From positions 24,814 through 88,813 of the forward strand of contig JAJPIJ010000006.1 of the NCBI GenBank assembly GCA_021324815.1: DNA of 64,000 nt, written 5' to 3'. Position numbers and translations under genes: made by a program. The notes beneath the pieces were generated by a model. The model saw only the letters and a program-made list of their open reading frames with translations, made no database searches and was not told the origin of the DNA. Positions 17,400 to 27,531 of the stretch are shown here, piece after piece. This DNA is from Gammaproteobacteria bacterium (GTDB taxonomy: Bacteria; Pseudomonadota; Gammaproteobacteria; JAJPIJ01). Position 1 is the stretch's first letter, and every line of letters starts with the position of its first letter.

Positions 17400-19463
17400 T
17401 TACGATCCAAAATGCAGCTCGCCGCCAAAGAATATGGTTCTCCCGGGAGAGGGGAATCCGCCGCTGTCCATGTAGTTTTCATCAAACAGGTTCAAGGCGC
17501 GGCCGAAGATGCTGATATCGCCGAAACTTTTCTCCACCTTGAGATCGAACAGGTCGTAGTCGCCTATGTTCCTGGAGACGGTCGGCGTGGCCTTGGAAAG
17601 ATCGACGCTGCCGTCGACGTGGTAATAAGAGGCATACAATTCCACGCCGAACGGCAGGAGATAATTGACCTCGGTGGTGACGCGATGGCGGGGCCTGTTC
17701 TGCAGGTCATGGTCGGTCACGCCGGCCGACAGGTTCCTGGAGTCCATGAACGTGTAACCGGCCCGGATTTGCAGGTTCCGCAGCGGCGCGATCTCGCCGG
17801 CCAGCTCAATGCCCTGAAACCTGTCCCGGTCGATGTTCTGGGCGACGCCGTTACTGTCCGCCTCGATGAAATTGTTTGCATCGGTGCGGAAAAATGTGAT
17901 GCCCGCGCTCGCAGGGATGACGGCGAAGGTTTGGGTGACGCCGGCCTCATACTCCTTTGTCACCTCCGGCTTGAGACCCGGATTCGCGCGCCCCGGTTCG
18001 AACAAATCGGTCAGCGTGGGAAAGCGAATCTGGCGGGAATGATTGAAATGCAACCGGGTGTGCTCAAAGACGTCATAATACGTTCCAACAAGATAGGATA
18101 CATCGTCATTATTGCCGGCCGTGCGGGTCTGCCAATTGTAACCGACGCCGCCGACCAGTCCCAGCCGCTCGTACAGTCGCAACTCGTGCTCGTAACTGAC
18201 CGAACAAATATCGTCGGATTCGTCCACCAATGTGGGCTGGGTTATGTTGGTCGTGGTGCTGGTGGTGGTTTTCTTCTTTCCTTTCCCCGTTGTGCCCGTC
18301 GTGGTTTGGCCCACTATCTGGAATCCATCGTCATGCCACTGCTCATTACGACAATTCAATGCCACGGAGCTCAAACCCGCCGCGGCAAAATCATAGCTGG
18401 CCACCAGGCTGCCTCCCAGAATATCGGAGCGGGTGTTGTCACCGAAGGCGCCGGCGGCGCTCCGGGTGTTGAAGTTGGCGTTGTCGTAATTGTTGTCCAG
18501 TTCATCCAGGCGGTTGAAATAAATCGTCGGGCGGATCGTCAATGGCGCCTGGAATTTATGCTGCCCGGTCAGGTTGAGGGAGAATCCCTCGAAATCGTTT
18601 ACCCGTTCGAAGCGCGAGCGGGTCGCGAACGGATCAGCGTCGGTACCCGTGAAATCGCGCACATCCGGGGGTATGCCGAAGGAGCCTTTTTTATAACTTC
18701 CGCTGATGCCGATCTCGGTGCCAGGCAACCCCTGCCATATTGAATTGGCATAAAGATTCAAATTGTCGCGATCGCTGTTGATTCTCTGCCCCTGGGGTTG
18801 AAAGTTGTTGGGGGTGGGCGGACCGGTGACGGGCACGGGATTGTAGTCATCCGAGAGATGAAAACTGTCCTGATGGAATCCTGATGCACTCATGAAGGAA
18901 TGCCAGTCTTCGCCGCCGGTACCCGCGCTGATCTGGCCGTGTTTGACGCCGTCCCCGTTGCCGCCGAATTCCGTCAGGGCGTGGCCTTGGAATCTTTCCC
19001 CGCCGGCCTTGGTGATGATGTTGATCACGCCAGCGGTGCCGCCGGATCCGTACAATAATGAACTGGTGCCGCGCGTGATCTTGATGCGCTCGATGTTTTC
19101 CACGTCGATGGCCGAGGGATCGAATTGACCGTCGATGGCCGAATTGATTGGCACGCCATCAAGCAGCAGAATGATTTGACGCGTCCGCAATCCGCGGATG
19201 TCGATGCGCGGTGTCCCGTCCCCGCCCGTCCGGACGTAGAGGCCCGGCAGCAGTTTGAGAGCCTCGTTGAGGTCGCGGGCCCCCGATCGATGAATGTCCT
19301 CGGCCGTCACTTCATCGACGGTGCCCACTTCCTCGACGACGCGAGGCTTGTCGCCCGAGACGACGATTTCGCCCAAATCAAAGGCCGGGTCCTGGGCTTG
19401 TACAGCCGTGCTGATCAATGCCGCGCTGACGATCAGCGGCGGATTCCGCCGTCTTGTACCCAT
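17400..19463 (-). CDS. TonB-dependent outer-membrane receptor (687 aa)
   Basis: Signal peptide, TonB box (DLGEIVVSG), plug domain motifs (…RGTSSLLYGSGGTAGVINIITK…) and a long beta-barrel. The C-terminus ends …GGELHFGS, with the aromatic residue at -3 rather than terminal. Confidence 0.85.
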   Translation of the reverse strand: MGTRRRNPPLIVSAALISTAVQAQDPAFDLGEIVVSGDKPRVVEEVGTVDEVTAEDIHRSGARDLNEALKLLPGLYVRTGGDGTPRIDIRGLRTRQIILLLDGVPINSAIDGQFDPSAIDVENIERIKITRGTSSLLYGSGGTAGVINIITKAGGERFQGHALTEFGGNGDGVKHGQISAGTGGEDWHSFMSASGFHQDSFHLSDDYNPVPVTGPPTPNNFQPQGQRINSDRDNLNLYANSIWQGLPGTEIGISGSYKKGSFGIPPDVRDFTGTDADPFATRSRFERVNDFEGFSLNLTGQHKFQAPLTIRPTIYFNRLDELDNNYDNANFNTRSAAGAFGDNTRSDILGGSLVASYDFAAAGLSSVALNCRNEQWHDDGFQIVGQTTTGTTGKGKKKTTTSTTTNITQPTLVDESDDICSVSYEHELRLYERLGLVGGVGYNWQTRTAGNNDDVSYLVGTYYDVFEHTRLHFNHSRQIRFPTLTDLFEPGRANPGLKPEVTKEYEAGVTQTFAVIPASAGITFFRTDANNFIEADSNGVAQNIDRDRFQGIELAGEIAPLRNLQIRAGYTFMDSRNLSAGVTDHDLQNRPRHRVTTEVNYLLPFGVELYASYYHVDGSVDLSKATPTVSRNIGDYDLFDLKVEKSFGDISIFGRALNLFDENYMDSGGFPSPGRTIFFGGELHFGS

Positions 19464-19526
19464 GCCAATCCCCGCTTCAAGAAATTTTCTTATTAAGTTA
19501 CAAAAGTGTGTTTTAAATTAATATGC

Positions 19527-19543
19527 AATGATATTCATATTAT
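19527..19543. promoter_or_regulatory. Fur-box-like AT-rich element AATGATATTCATATTAT in the promoter of the TonB-dependent receptor
   Basis: About 12/16 identity to the AATGATAATCATTATC portion of the Fur consensus. Located 64-80 bp upstream of the receptor start. Confidence 0.3.
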
Positions 19544-19594
19544 GTTGTACTTATTATTTTTTCAGAAATATAAATGACAATTTTCGTACATAAA

Positions 19595-19614
19595 ATATGT
19601 ATATATATGCATAT
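19595..19614. promoter_or_regulatory. Near-perfect 20-bp AT palindrome ATATGTATATATATGCATAT, a candidate metalloregulator (Zur/Fur-type) operator
   Basis: 18/20 symmetric. Lies inside a ~150-bp stretch of <30% GC (19490-19640) in an otherwise ~68% GC window. Confidence 0.3.
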
Positions 19615-19716
19615 TAAAGGAAGTCAAAAGAAGCGCCGGAAAGGGGCGAGACAAGATTTAAGCATTCACCGCAACAACCACGGGGCCGGCGGCAGATAAG
19701 CCTAGAATAGCTCCCT

Positions 19717-20649
19717 TCAGCAGTCCTGCAACGCCTTCAGTATTTCACCGGCGCCGCGTCTCAGGAGGTCTTCAGCGAGGCGACAAGCCAGCCCCTCCGC
19801 TTCCATGCGCGGGCCGCGGAGTTCTCCACGTATGATCTCGCCGCCGTCGGGACGGCCCACCAGGGCGCGCAAGATCAATTGTGCGCCGCTCAACTGGGCA
19901 CAACCGGCGATCGGCACCTGGCAGTTGCCGCCGAGCCGTCGGTTGAGCGCCCGCTCGGCCAGCACGCAGGTTTGCGTCTCGGCGTCATTGAGCGGCGTGA
20001 TCAATTCCAGAACGCGCGCATCGTCACTGCGGCACTCAATGCCGATGGCGCCCTGGCCGATGGCCGGCAGCATGACTTCAATGGGCAAATGCTGGCGCAC
20101 ATGCTTCTCCAGCCCCAGCCGTCTGACGCCGGCGGCGGCCAGCACGATGGCGTCATATTCGCCGGCCTCCAGTTTTTTCACGCGCGTGCCCACATTGCCG
20201 CGCAAGGGCAGCACCTGCGCGTCGCTGCGCCAGGCCTTGAGCTGGCACTGGCGGCGCAGGCTGGCGGTGCCCAGCCGCGCGCCGCGCGGCAGGGCATCGA
20301 GGCTGGCGTAATGAACGGACAGCAGCACATCACGCACATCCTCCCGTTTCAACGTCACCGGCACCGCGAGCCCGGCGGGCAGATCCACAGTGACGTCCTT
20401 CATTGAATGCACGGCGATGTCGGCGCGCCCGTCCAGCAGGCTCTCCTCCAGTTCCTTGGTAAACAGGCCCTTGCCGCCGGCGCGGGCAAGCGGACTGTCG
20501 AGGATTTTGTCGCCGCGCGTGTGCATGCCGGTGATCCGCACGTCGAGGCCGGGATGGCGCGCCAAGAGCAAGCCGCGTACGTGCTCCGCCTGCCACAGGG
20601 CCAGCGGGCTTTTGCGGGTGGCGATGGTGAGCGATGTCAGGGAGGACAC
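19717..20649 (-). CDS. hemC: Hydroxymethylbilane synthase (porphobilinogen deaminase)
   Basis: Near-colinear with E. coli HemC (…[13 protein letters not shown]…[15 protein letters not shown]…[11 protein letters not shown]…). Confidence 0.9.
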   Translation of the reverse strand: MSSLTSLTIATRKSPLALWQAEHVRGLLLARHPGLDVRITGMHTRGDKILDSPLARAGGKGLFTKELEESLLDGRADIAVHSMKDVTVDLPAGLAVPVTLKREDVRDVLLSVHYASLDALPRGARLGTASLRRQCQLKAWRSDAQVLPLRGNVGTRVKKLEAGEYDAIVLAAAGVRRLGLEKHVRQHLPIEVMLPAIGQGAIGIECRSDDARVLELITPLNDAETQTCVLAERALNRRLGGNCQVPIAGCAQLSGAQLILRALVGRPDGGEIIRGELRGPRMEAEGLACRLAEDLLRRGAGEILKALQDC

Positions 20650-20743
20650 GGGCGGTTATACTGCAACGCTGATGGGCCTATGCTACGCGGACCGGCTTGA
20701 ACAGCGCAAACCGCGTCGCGGCGACGGAAAGAGATTCACGAAC

Positions 20744-21697
20744 ATGTCCCTGAAACTGGCGGTGGTCATGGATCCGATCTCCGGGATCCACATCGAAAAG
20801 GACACCACCTTCGCATTGCTGCTGGCGGCGCAGGCGCGCGGTTATGAACTGTCCTATCTGGAATTGAACGATCTGCTGCTGCGGGACGGCGTGGCCCTGG
20901 GCCGGCCGCGGCGCGTGGAGGTGCGCGACGATGTGCAGCACTGGTTCACCCTGGCGACCGCCGAAATGCGGCCGCTCTCGGAGTTCGACGTCATCCTCAT
21001 GCGCAAGGACCCGCCGTTCAACACGGAGTACATCTACGCCACCTATATGCTGGAACAGGCGGAGCGGGCCGGCGCGCTGATCGTCAACCGCCCGCAATCG
21101 CTGCGTGACGCCAACGAGAAATTGTTCACCGCCTGGTTCCCGCAGTGCTGCCCGCCGACCCTGGTCAGTCGCGAAAAGGAACTGCTGCGCGCCTTCGTGG
21201 AGGAACATCACGAGGTGGTGCTGAAGCCGCTGGACGGCATGGGCGGCGTTTCCATCTTCCGCGTGCATCTGGGCGACGCGAACCTGAGCGTCATACTGGA
21301 GGCCATGACCGATCACGGCCGCAAATTCGTCATGGCGCAGCGCTTCCTGCACGAGATTGCCCGCGGCGACAAGCGCATCCTGATGATTGACGGCGAACCC
21401 GTGGAATACGCGCTGGCGCGCATCCCCGCCGCCGGGGAGACCCGTGGCAACCTGGCCGCCGGCGGCCGTGGCGAGGGCCGGCCCCTGAGCGAGCGCGATC
21501 GCTGGATCGCCGCGCAGGTGGGGCCGTCGCTGCGCGAGCGCGGACTCCTGTTCACGGGGCTGGACGTCATTGGCGACTATCTGACCGAGATCAACGTCAC
21601 CAGCCCCACCTGCGTGCGCGAACTCGAGGCGATTTACGGGATCGACATCAAGGGCCGGGTGCTGGACGCAATTGAGCGGCGCCTGAGGCGCCGCTGA
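20744..21697 (+). CDS. gshB: Glutathione synthetase
   Basis: MSLKLAVVMDPI…ILMRKDPPFNTEYIYATYMLE…VLKPLDGMGG…GNLAAGGRGE… matches GshB throughout. The ATG at 20744 is internal to the longer listed ORF. Confidence 0.9.
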   Translation: MSLKLAVVMDPISGIHIEKDTTFALLLAAQARGYELSYLELNDLLLRDGVALGRPRRVEVRDDVQHWFTLATAEMRPLSEFDVILMRKDPPFNTEYIYATYMLEQAERAGALIVNRPQSLRDANEKLFTAWFPQCCPPTLVSREKELLRAFVEEHHEVVLKPLDGMGGVSIFRVHLGDANLSVILEAMTDHGRKFVMAQRFLHEIARGDKRILMIDGEPVEYALARIPAAGETRGNLAAGGRGEGRPLSERDRWIAAQVGPSLRERGLLFTGLDVIGDYLTEINVTSPTCVRELEAIYGIDIKGRVLDAIERRLRRR

Positions 21698-21743
21698 TGC
21701 CGCCCTTCCACGATTGCCGCTGGCGGGCCCATTCGGCGTTATA

Positions 21744-22790
21744 ATGCGGGCGGCGGGAAAAGAGGGAATTCTATTGTCCGCAGTCACTGCTGCCCCAATA
21801 ATCACGCCGGGTGACCGTCTGGGTCTCACCCTCTGCCTGGCCTTACTTCTTCACGCGATGTTTGTGTTTGGCATCGCCTTCAAGCCGTCGGGCAAGGCCA
21901 CGCGCTACAACATGATGGAAATCGTGCTGGTGCAGAGCCGCTCCGATGTGCCGCCCGTGGACGCCGAACGGCTGGCGCAGGCCAATCATGTCGGCGGCGG
22001 GGAGTCGGAGGAAAACACCCGTCCGGCCACGCCGTTTCACGCCGTGCTGCCCGCGGCCTTCGGGCCGCTGCCGCCCGCGGCCGCGGCGCCCGCGCCCGCC
22101 ATCAATCCATCGGCCGGCAGCGCCGCCCCGCCGACACCGCCCCCGCCATCCGCATCCACCGACGTCCATAAGCTCGCGGCGGAGACGCCAGCATCGCCTG
22201 CCGCGGCGCCGCCAAGGGCGAAGATCAGGCCGGATAGAAGGATCGAAAAGGTGGTTCCGAAAAAAATCCCCCGGGATGCCGAGCAGAAAAGCCCGCCGCC
22301 GAAAACGCAGGCCGTTGCCCAAACACCGCCGCCCGCGCCGGTGCCGACGGCGGCAACCCTGGTGGCGAGGAGTTTCGCCATCGCCAGCCTCGATGCGGAG
22401 ATCGAGGAGCGCGAAAATGCCATTGCCAAGCGGCCGCGGCGCAAGTTCATCTCCGCCAGCACCCGCGAGTACAAATATGCCGCCTATATGGAGGCGTGGC
22501 GCGCCAAGGTCGAACGCGTGGGTAATCTCAATTATCCGGATGAGGCACGCCGCAAAAAACTTTCCGGCAGCCTCATCCTCGATGTCGCTCTGAACTCCGA
22601 CGGTTCCATCAACGAGATCACCATCCGGCGTCCCTCCGGCCAGCCCGTGCTGGACGACGCCGCGGTCCGCATCGTCAAAATGGCGGCGCCTTACGCGCCT
22701 TTCCCCGAGGATTTCGTCAAGGAGGTCGACATCCTGCACATCACCCGCACCTGGCAGTTCCAGAGCAGCGAACGTTTTGCCGCGCAATGA
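21744..22790 (+). CDS. tonB: TonB-family energy transducer (N-terminal TM helix, Pro/Ala-rich spacer, C-terminal TonB domain)
   Basis: Pro-rich central region (PPPAPVPTAAT…) and conserved C-terminal TonB domain (…YPDEARRKKLSGSLILDVALNSDGSINEITIRRPSGQPVLDDAAVRIVK…). Start is ATG 21744; an alternative is TTG 21714. Confidence 0.75.
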   Translation: MRAAGKEGILLSAVTAAPIITPGDRLGLTLCLALLLHAMFVFGIAFKPSGKATRYNMMEIVLVQSRSDVPPVDAERLAQANHVGGGESEENTRPATPFHAVLPAAFGPLPPAAAAPAPAINPSAGSAAPPTPPPPSASTDVHKLAAETPASPAAAPPRAKIRPDRRIEKVVPKKIPRDAEQKSPPPKTQAVAQTPPPAPVPTAATLVARSFAIASLDAEIEERENAIAKRPRRKFISASTREYKYAAYMEAWRAKVERVGNLNYPDEARRKKLSGSLILDVALNSDGSINEITIRRPSGQPVLDDAAVRIVKMAAPYAPFPEDFVKEVDILHITRTWQFQSSERFAAQ

Positions 22791-22946
22791 AGCCCGCGCG
22801 GCGCAAAACAGCCGGAAAGCGCGCTCATGGCGGGAATGAAGGGGACTGCCGACCATGAAACGCCGGGTTGGCGTAAATGTCCAAAAAGGAACGACCAACT
22901 CTCCGGCGGCTTGAGAATTATCGATTTCGCGCCGATACTTGATTTT

Positions 22947-23507
22947 ATGGAAGCGTTGAATCTGACCAACCAGTTTCTGATCGCCATGCCGACGCTGGCC
23001 GACCCGAATTTCAGCCAGACGGTGACGTACATCTGCGCGCACAGCGAGGAGGGCGCCATGGGCATCGTCATCAACCGGCCCATGAACATCGCCTTGGGCG
23101 AGGTCCTCTCGCAGATGAAGATGTCAGCCACTGATCCGCAAATCAACAGCCGGCCGGTGTTCAGCGGCGGGCCGGTGCAGCCGGATCGAGGTTTCGTGCT
23201 GCACCGCCCCATGGGTGCGTGGAGTTCCAATCTGCAGGTGAGCATGGAGATCGGCGTCGCCACCTCGCGCGATATTCTGGAGGCCATCTCCAAGGGTGAG
23301 GGACCGGCGGACGCGCTGGTGGCGCTGGGCTACGCCGGCTGGGGCGCGGGCCAGCTGGAACGCGAAATGCTGGAAAATTCCTGGCTCAGCGCGCCAGTGA
23401 ATGAAGACATATTGTTCCGACTGTCACCCGAGGACCGCTGGCATGCCGCCGTCGCGCTCCTCGGCATACGGGCCGACAGCTTATCCACAGACGCCGGCCA
23501 TGCATGA
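22947..23507 (+). CDS. YqgE/AlgH-family protein (UPF0301)
   Basis: MEALNLTNQFLIAMPTLADPNFSQTVTYICAHSEEGAMGIVINRP… is typical of YqgE/AlgH. The listed ORF carries an implausible N-terminal extension. Confidence 0.8.
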   Translation: MEALNLTNQFLIAMPTLADPNFSQTVTYICAHSEEGAMGIVINRPMNIALGEVLSQMKMSATDPQINSRPVFSGGPVQPDRGFVLHRPMGAWSSNLQVSMEIGVATSRDILEAISKGEGPADALVALGYAGWGAGQLEREMLENSWLSAPVNEDILFRLSPEDRWHAAVALLGIRADSLSTDAGHA

Positions 23508-23947
23508 ACGAGGGCACGCTGACGGTGATGGGCTTCGACTATGGCACGCGCCGCATCGGCGTGGCGGTGGGACAGACCGTGACACAGACGGCGACGCCCT
23601 TGCGCAGCGTCGTGGTCCGCGCCCGGCGCCCCGACTGGGATCAGATTGCGGCCTGGGTGCGTGAATACCAGCCGCAGAAATTCATCGTCGGCCAGCCCTT
23701 GAGGCTGGATGATCGCCGCCATCCCCTGGCCGATCGGGTCTTGCGCTTCGGCCGTGAACTTCGGGATCGCTTCCACCTGCCGGTGGAGTTCATTGATGAG
23801 CGCCTGTCGTCGCACGAGGCGATGGGCCGGGCGGTGGAGAACGACGCCATTGACATAGACGCCGAGGCGGCACGCATCATTCTGGAGTCATGGCTGCGGG
23901 AACACGCCGTCCTTCCGCGCGCGTCCGCGGCCGCCGCGCGCGCATGA
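23504..23947 (+). CDS. ruvX: Holliday-junction resolvase-like nuclease RuvX/YqgF
   Basis: …LTVMGFDYGTRRIGVAVGQ… is the RNase H-like YqgF signature. Overlaps the algH-like stop by 4 nt. Confidence 0.85.
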   Translation: MNEGTLTVMGFDYGTRRIGVAVGQTVTQTATPLRSVVVRARRPDWDQIAAWVREYQPQKFIVGQPLRLDDRRHPLADRVLRFGRELRDRFHLPVEFIDERLSSHEAMGRAVENDAIDIDAEAARIILESWLREHAVLPRASAAAARA

Positions 23948-24483
23948 AGCGGGACGGGACTGACATTGAAGGCCTCGATATCCGGAAACTGCTGTCCGCC
24001 ATGGCGGCGAAGCTGCACGCGTTTCTGGAATCCCGCGGGCGGCAGGCCACGGAGATCATCGGCGTGCGCACCGGCGGTGTGTGGATTGCCGAGGTCCTGC
24101 GGCGCCGGCTGAAGATCCGTGGCCCCCTGGGGGCGCTGAACATCGCCTACCATCGCGATGATTTCGGGCGCGTCGGCGTTCACCCCACCGTCGAACCCTC
24201 CGACCTGCCCTTCACCGTCACCGACCGCCACATCCTGCTGGTGGACGACATCCTCTACACCGGCCGCACCGTGCGCGCGGCCTTGAACGAGATCTTCGAC
24301 TACGGCCGTCCGGCCAGCGTCACCCTGGCCGCGCTGGTGGATCGGGGCGGCCGCGAACTGCCCATCCAGGCCGACGTGACGGGAGTGTCGCTGTCACTCA
24401 AATCCGGGGAACATGTTAAACTGCAGGGCCCGGACCCCCTGCGACTGAGTTTGTTGAAGAACCCTGACTCTCCGACGGCATGA
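23944..24483 (+). CDS. pyrR: Bifunctional pyrimidine operon regulator / uracil phosphoribosyltransferase PyrR
   Basis: PRTase motif …[18 protein letters not shown]…. The ATG at 23944 overlaps the ruvX stop (ATGA). Confidence 0.9.
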   Translation: MKRDGTDIEGLDIRKLLSAMAAKLHAFLESRGRQATEIIGVRTGGVWIAEVLRRRLKIRGPLGALNIAYHRDDFGRVGVHPTVEPSDLPFTVTDRHILLVDDILYTGRTVRAALNEIFDYGRPASVTLAALVDRGGRELPIQADVTGVSLSLKSGEHVKLQGPDPLRLSLLKNPDSPTA

Positions 24484-25445
24484 AGCGGGAACGCAATCTC
24501 CAGATCAACGCCCATGGCCGTCTCCAACATTTTTTAACCATCGAGGGTCTGCCCCGCGAATTGCTGATTGAGATTTTGGACCGGGCGGAAGGCTTCGCCG
24601 GCATCGGCGGGCGGGCGGTGAAGAAGGTTCCGCTGTTGCGCGGCAAGACCATCGTCAACCTGTTCTTCGAACCCAGCACGCGCACGCGCACCACCTTCGA
24701 GCTGGCGGCCAAGCGCCTGTCCGCCGACGTGCTCAATCTCAACATCGAAAGCTCATCGGCAAAAAAGGGGGAAACGCTGCTCGACACGCTGCGCAACCTG
24801 GAGGCGATGCACTGCGACATGTTCGTGGTGCGGCATCACTTAAGCGGCGCGGCCCACTTCATCGCCCGCAACGTGGCGCCGCACATCAGCGTCATCAACG
24901 GCGGCGATGGTCGCCACGCGCATCCGACCCAGGCCATGCTGGACGCCTACACCATCCGCCGCCACAAGCGGGACTTCATGCGGCTCAAAGTCGCCATCGT
25001 CGGCGACGTTTTGCACTCGCGCGTGGCGCGATCCGAGATTCACGCGCTGAAGACGCTGGGCGTGCCGGAGGTGCGCGTCGTCGGCCCGCGCACGCTGATC
25101 CCCGCCGGCGTCGAGGAGATGGGCGTCAGCGTATGCCACGACATCGAGACGGGTTTGAAGAATGTCGACGTCATTGTCATGCTGCGATTGCAGACCGAAC
25201 GCATGCGCGGAGCGCTGCTCCCAAGCGCGGCGGAATATTTCCGCCTCTACGGCCTGACGCCGGCAAGATTAAAGCTGGCCCGATCAGACGCCATCGTCAT
25301 GCATCCGGGACCCATCAACCGCGGCGTCGAGATCGACTCGCAGGTGGCCGACGGGGGCCGCTCCGTCATCCTGCAGCAGGTCAGCCACGGCATCGCCGTG
25401 CGCATGGCGGTGATGGCGATGACCGCCGGCAGCCAGGCAGGCTGA
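24480..25445 (+). CDS. pyrB: Aspartate carbamoyltransferase catalytic subunit
   Basis: …[21 protein letters not shown]…HPTQAMLD… ATCase signatures. Overlaps the pyrR stop. Confidence 0.9.
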   Translation: MKRERNLQINAHGRLQHFLTIEGLPRELLIEILDRAEGFAGIGGRAVKKVPLLRGKTIVNLFFEPSTRTRTTFELAAKRLSADVLNLNIESSSAKKGETLLDTLRNLEAMHCDMFVVRHHLSGAAHFIARNVAPHISVINGGDGRHAHPTQAMLDAYTIRRHKRDFMRLKVAIVGDVLHSRVARSEIHALKTLGVPEVRVVGPRTLIPAGVEEMGVSVCHDIETGLKNVDVIVMLRLQTERMRGALLPSAAEYFRLYGLTPARLKLARSDAIVMHPGPINRGVEIDSQVADGGRSVILQQVSHGIAVRMAVMAMTAGSQAG

Positions 25446-25446
25446 C

Positions 25447-26763
25447 GTGAATCTGCACATCAAGAACGGCCGTGTCGTGGATCCCGCCAACGGCGTCGAC
25501 GCGGTCACGGACGTCTACATCTCGGAAGGGCGGATCGCCGCCGTTGGGCGCGCGCCGCGCGGTTTTCGCGCCGCCGAAATCATCGACGCGAGCAAACTCA
25601 TCGTCACGCCGGGATGGGTGGATTTGTGCGCCCGCCTGCGCGAACCAGGCCAGGATCAAAAGGCCACCATCGCCAGCGAGACCATGGCGGCGGCGGCTGG
25701 CGGTGTGACGACGTTGTGCTGCCCGCCCGACACCCGGCCGGTGATCGATACGCCCGCCGTGGTGGAGCTCATTCATCAACGGGCCGCGCGGGCCGGACGG
25801 GCGCGCGTGGTCTGCCTCGGCGCCCTGACGCAGGAACTCAAGGGCGAAGTGCTGGCGGGAATGCACAGTCTGAAGCGCGCCGGCTGCGTGGGCGTCAGCA
25901 ATGCCAGGGCCTCCATCGTCAATACCGAGGTGCTGCGCCGGGCGCTGGAGTACGCCCGGACCTGTGATCTCACCGTGTTTCTGCACGCGGAGGATGCCTG
26001 GCTGGCCGGGCAGGGATGCATGCACGAAGGCCCGATCAGCACCCGGCTGGGGCTGCCGGGCATCCCCGAGGCCGCGGAAACCGTGGCGGTGGCCCGCGAA
26101 TTACTGTTGATCGAAGACACCGGTGCCCGCACGCATTTCTGCCGCCTGTCCTCGGCGCGGGCCGCCGCGCAGATTGCGGAGGCGCGGCAACACGGCCTGC
26201 CGGTCACGGCCGATGTGAGCGTGCAGCATTTGTTTTACACGGACGATGAAATTGCCGGATTCAACAGCGCCTATCACGTACGGCCGCCGTTTCGCTCCGG
26301 CCGTGACCGCGACGGCCTGCGCAAGGCTCTACGGCAGGGCTTGATCAGCGCGGTCTGCTCGGACCATGAACCGCAGGATCAGGATGCCCAGCGCCAGCCC
26401 TTCGCGGCCACCGAGCCCGGCATTTCGGCGCTGGAAACCTGGTTGCCGCTCATGCTTCGCCTCGTCCGCGACAACCTCCTCGATCTCCCCGCCGCCATCG
26501 CCACCTGCACCGTCAACCCCGCGCGCATATTGACCGTCCCCGCCGGGACATTGACGCCGGGCGTGGCCGCGGATGTGTGCGTTTTTGACCCACAGGAAAC
26601 CTGGGTCGTGGGGGAGGACACCCTGCAGAGTGCCGGGAAAAACACGCCGCTCCTCGGCAAACAAGTGCAGGGCCGGGTGCGCATGACCCTGCTGGGCGGA
26701 CAGCTGGTCCATCGCGCAACCATCCCCTCGAAACGCCCCCCGCGGCGAATCAGGCGATCGTGA
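25447..26763 (+). CDS. Dihydroorotase-like protein (PyrC'-type, the structural partner of ATCase in pseudomonads)
   Basis: 438-aa amidohydrolase-fold protein directly after pyrB, matching the pyrR-pyrB-pyrC' cluster of Pseudomonas. Confidence 0.75.
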   Translation: MNLHIKNGRVVDPANGVDAVTDVYISEGRIAAVGRAPRGFRAAEIIDASKLIVTPGWVDLCARLREPGQDQKATIASETMAAAAGGVTTLCCPPDTRPVIDTPAVVELIHQRAARAGRARVVCLGALTQELKGEVLAGMHSLKRAGCVGVSNARASIVNTEVLRRALEYARTCDLTVFLHAEDAWLAGQGCMHEGPISTRLGLPGIPEAAETVAVARELLLIEDTGARTHFCRLSSARAAAQIAEARQHGLPVTADVSVQHLFYTDDEIAGFNSAYHVRPPFRSGRDRDGLRKALRQGLISAVCSDHEPQDQDAQRQPFAATEPGISALETWLPLMLRLVRDNLLDLPAAIATCTVNPARILTVPAGTLTPGVAADVCVFDPQETWVVGEDTLQSAGKNTPLLGKQVQGRVRMTLLGGQLVHRATIPSKRPPRRIRRS

Positions 26764-26838
26764 AGCATGTTTGCAGGCGGGGTTATTCTTCGGTAAACGG
26801 CAAGGGACCGGGCGTCTTTATTTTCCCGGCACCGCATT

Positions 26839-27330
26839 TCAGGGATTCCCCACCTCCACCACGTAGCCATGCTCGAGAAAATCACGGCCCACCAGCATCT
26901 TCTCGTTCATGGCGCTGCGGTCATTGAGATTCACAAGCAGCCGCTCCCCCCGCCCGCGGAAGAGGAGCGTCAGGTAAACATGATAACGCCACTCACGGCA
27001 GTCGCCCGTGCGCACACTTTTGACGTCAGCGACCGTCGAATCCATGGTCACCGATTCGTCCTTTTCATTCACCAGCGTGAAGCGAATCGGTTTGCCGATG
27101 TCGCGGCGCGGGTGCGATTCATCGGCGCCGGTCACCAGGATGTCGCGGGCATTGATGGAGGAAATCGCCGCGCCGGTATCCAGCCTCGCCATGAAGGTGA
27201 TCGGTCCCTCGGCTATGGTAAACGGCTCGGTGGCATGGATGATATGGCCGCCGCGCCAGACGTAACCCACCCACACGCCGACGCCTAGGCTCAGGCAGAG
27301 GGCGGCAAGAAGGAAACGATAATGGGGCAC
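26839..27330 (-). CDS. Retropepsin-like protein, 'putative ATP-dependent zinc protease' family (COG4067/DUF785), with N-terminal membrane anchor
   Basis: …ARLDTGAAISSINA… aspartic-protease-like DTGA motif, preceded by a hydrophobic N-terminus (MPHYRFLLAALCLSLGVGVWVGYVW). Confidence 0.6.
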   Translation of the reverse strand: MPHYRFLLAALCLSLGVGVWVGYVWRGGHIIHATEPFTIAEGPITFMARLDTGAAISSINARDILVTGADESHPRRDIGKPIRFTLVNEKDESVTMDSTVADVKSVRTGDCREWRYHVYLTLLFRGRGERLLVNLNDRSAMNEKMLVGRDFLEHGYVVEVGNP

Positions 27331-27531
27331 GCAAGAATCTCAATCAGGGACGGGCAGCCATCTGCGCCGCAGCGCCGGTGCGCGACCTATTCTAAGGGAA
27401 GTCTGCTGCTGCGGTGAATCCCCGACGACGGAGGAGGACTGGAAATCGTTTACGCCGGGGCGCGTATGGATTATCTTTGGCCCTTTCCGGTGAAAACGGC
27501 CATGGATAGATAATCAACCATTCTCGAGATC

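Noticed and set aside
17295-18743. 482-aa plus-strand ORF inside the TonB-dependent receptor gene
   Set aside because: Antisense shadow. The receptor frame carries a TonB box, plug and barrel motifs.
19464-19716. Cobalamin or other riboswitch in the AT-rich leader of the TonB-dependent receptor
   Set aside because: The region is far too AT-rich and lacks a recognisable B12 box or other conserved riboswitch cores. It is better explained as promoter/operator DNA.
20678-23042. Minus-strand ORFs 20678..21829 (383 aa) and 21843..23042 (399 aa) across gshB/tonB/algH
   Set aside because: Antisense to genes with unambiguous identities. Their translations are Arg/Gly/Ala-rich low-complexity.
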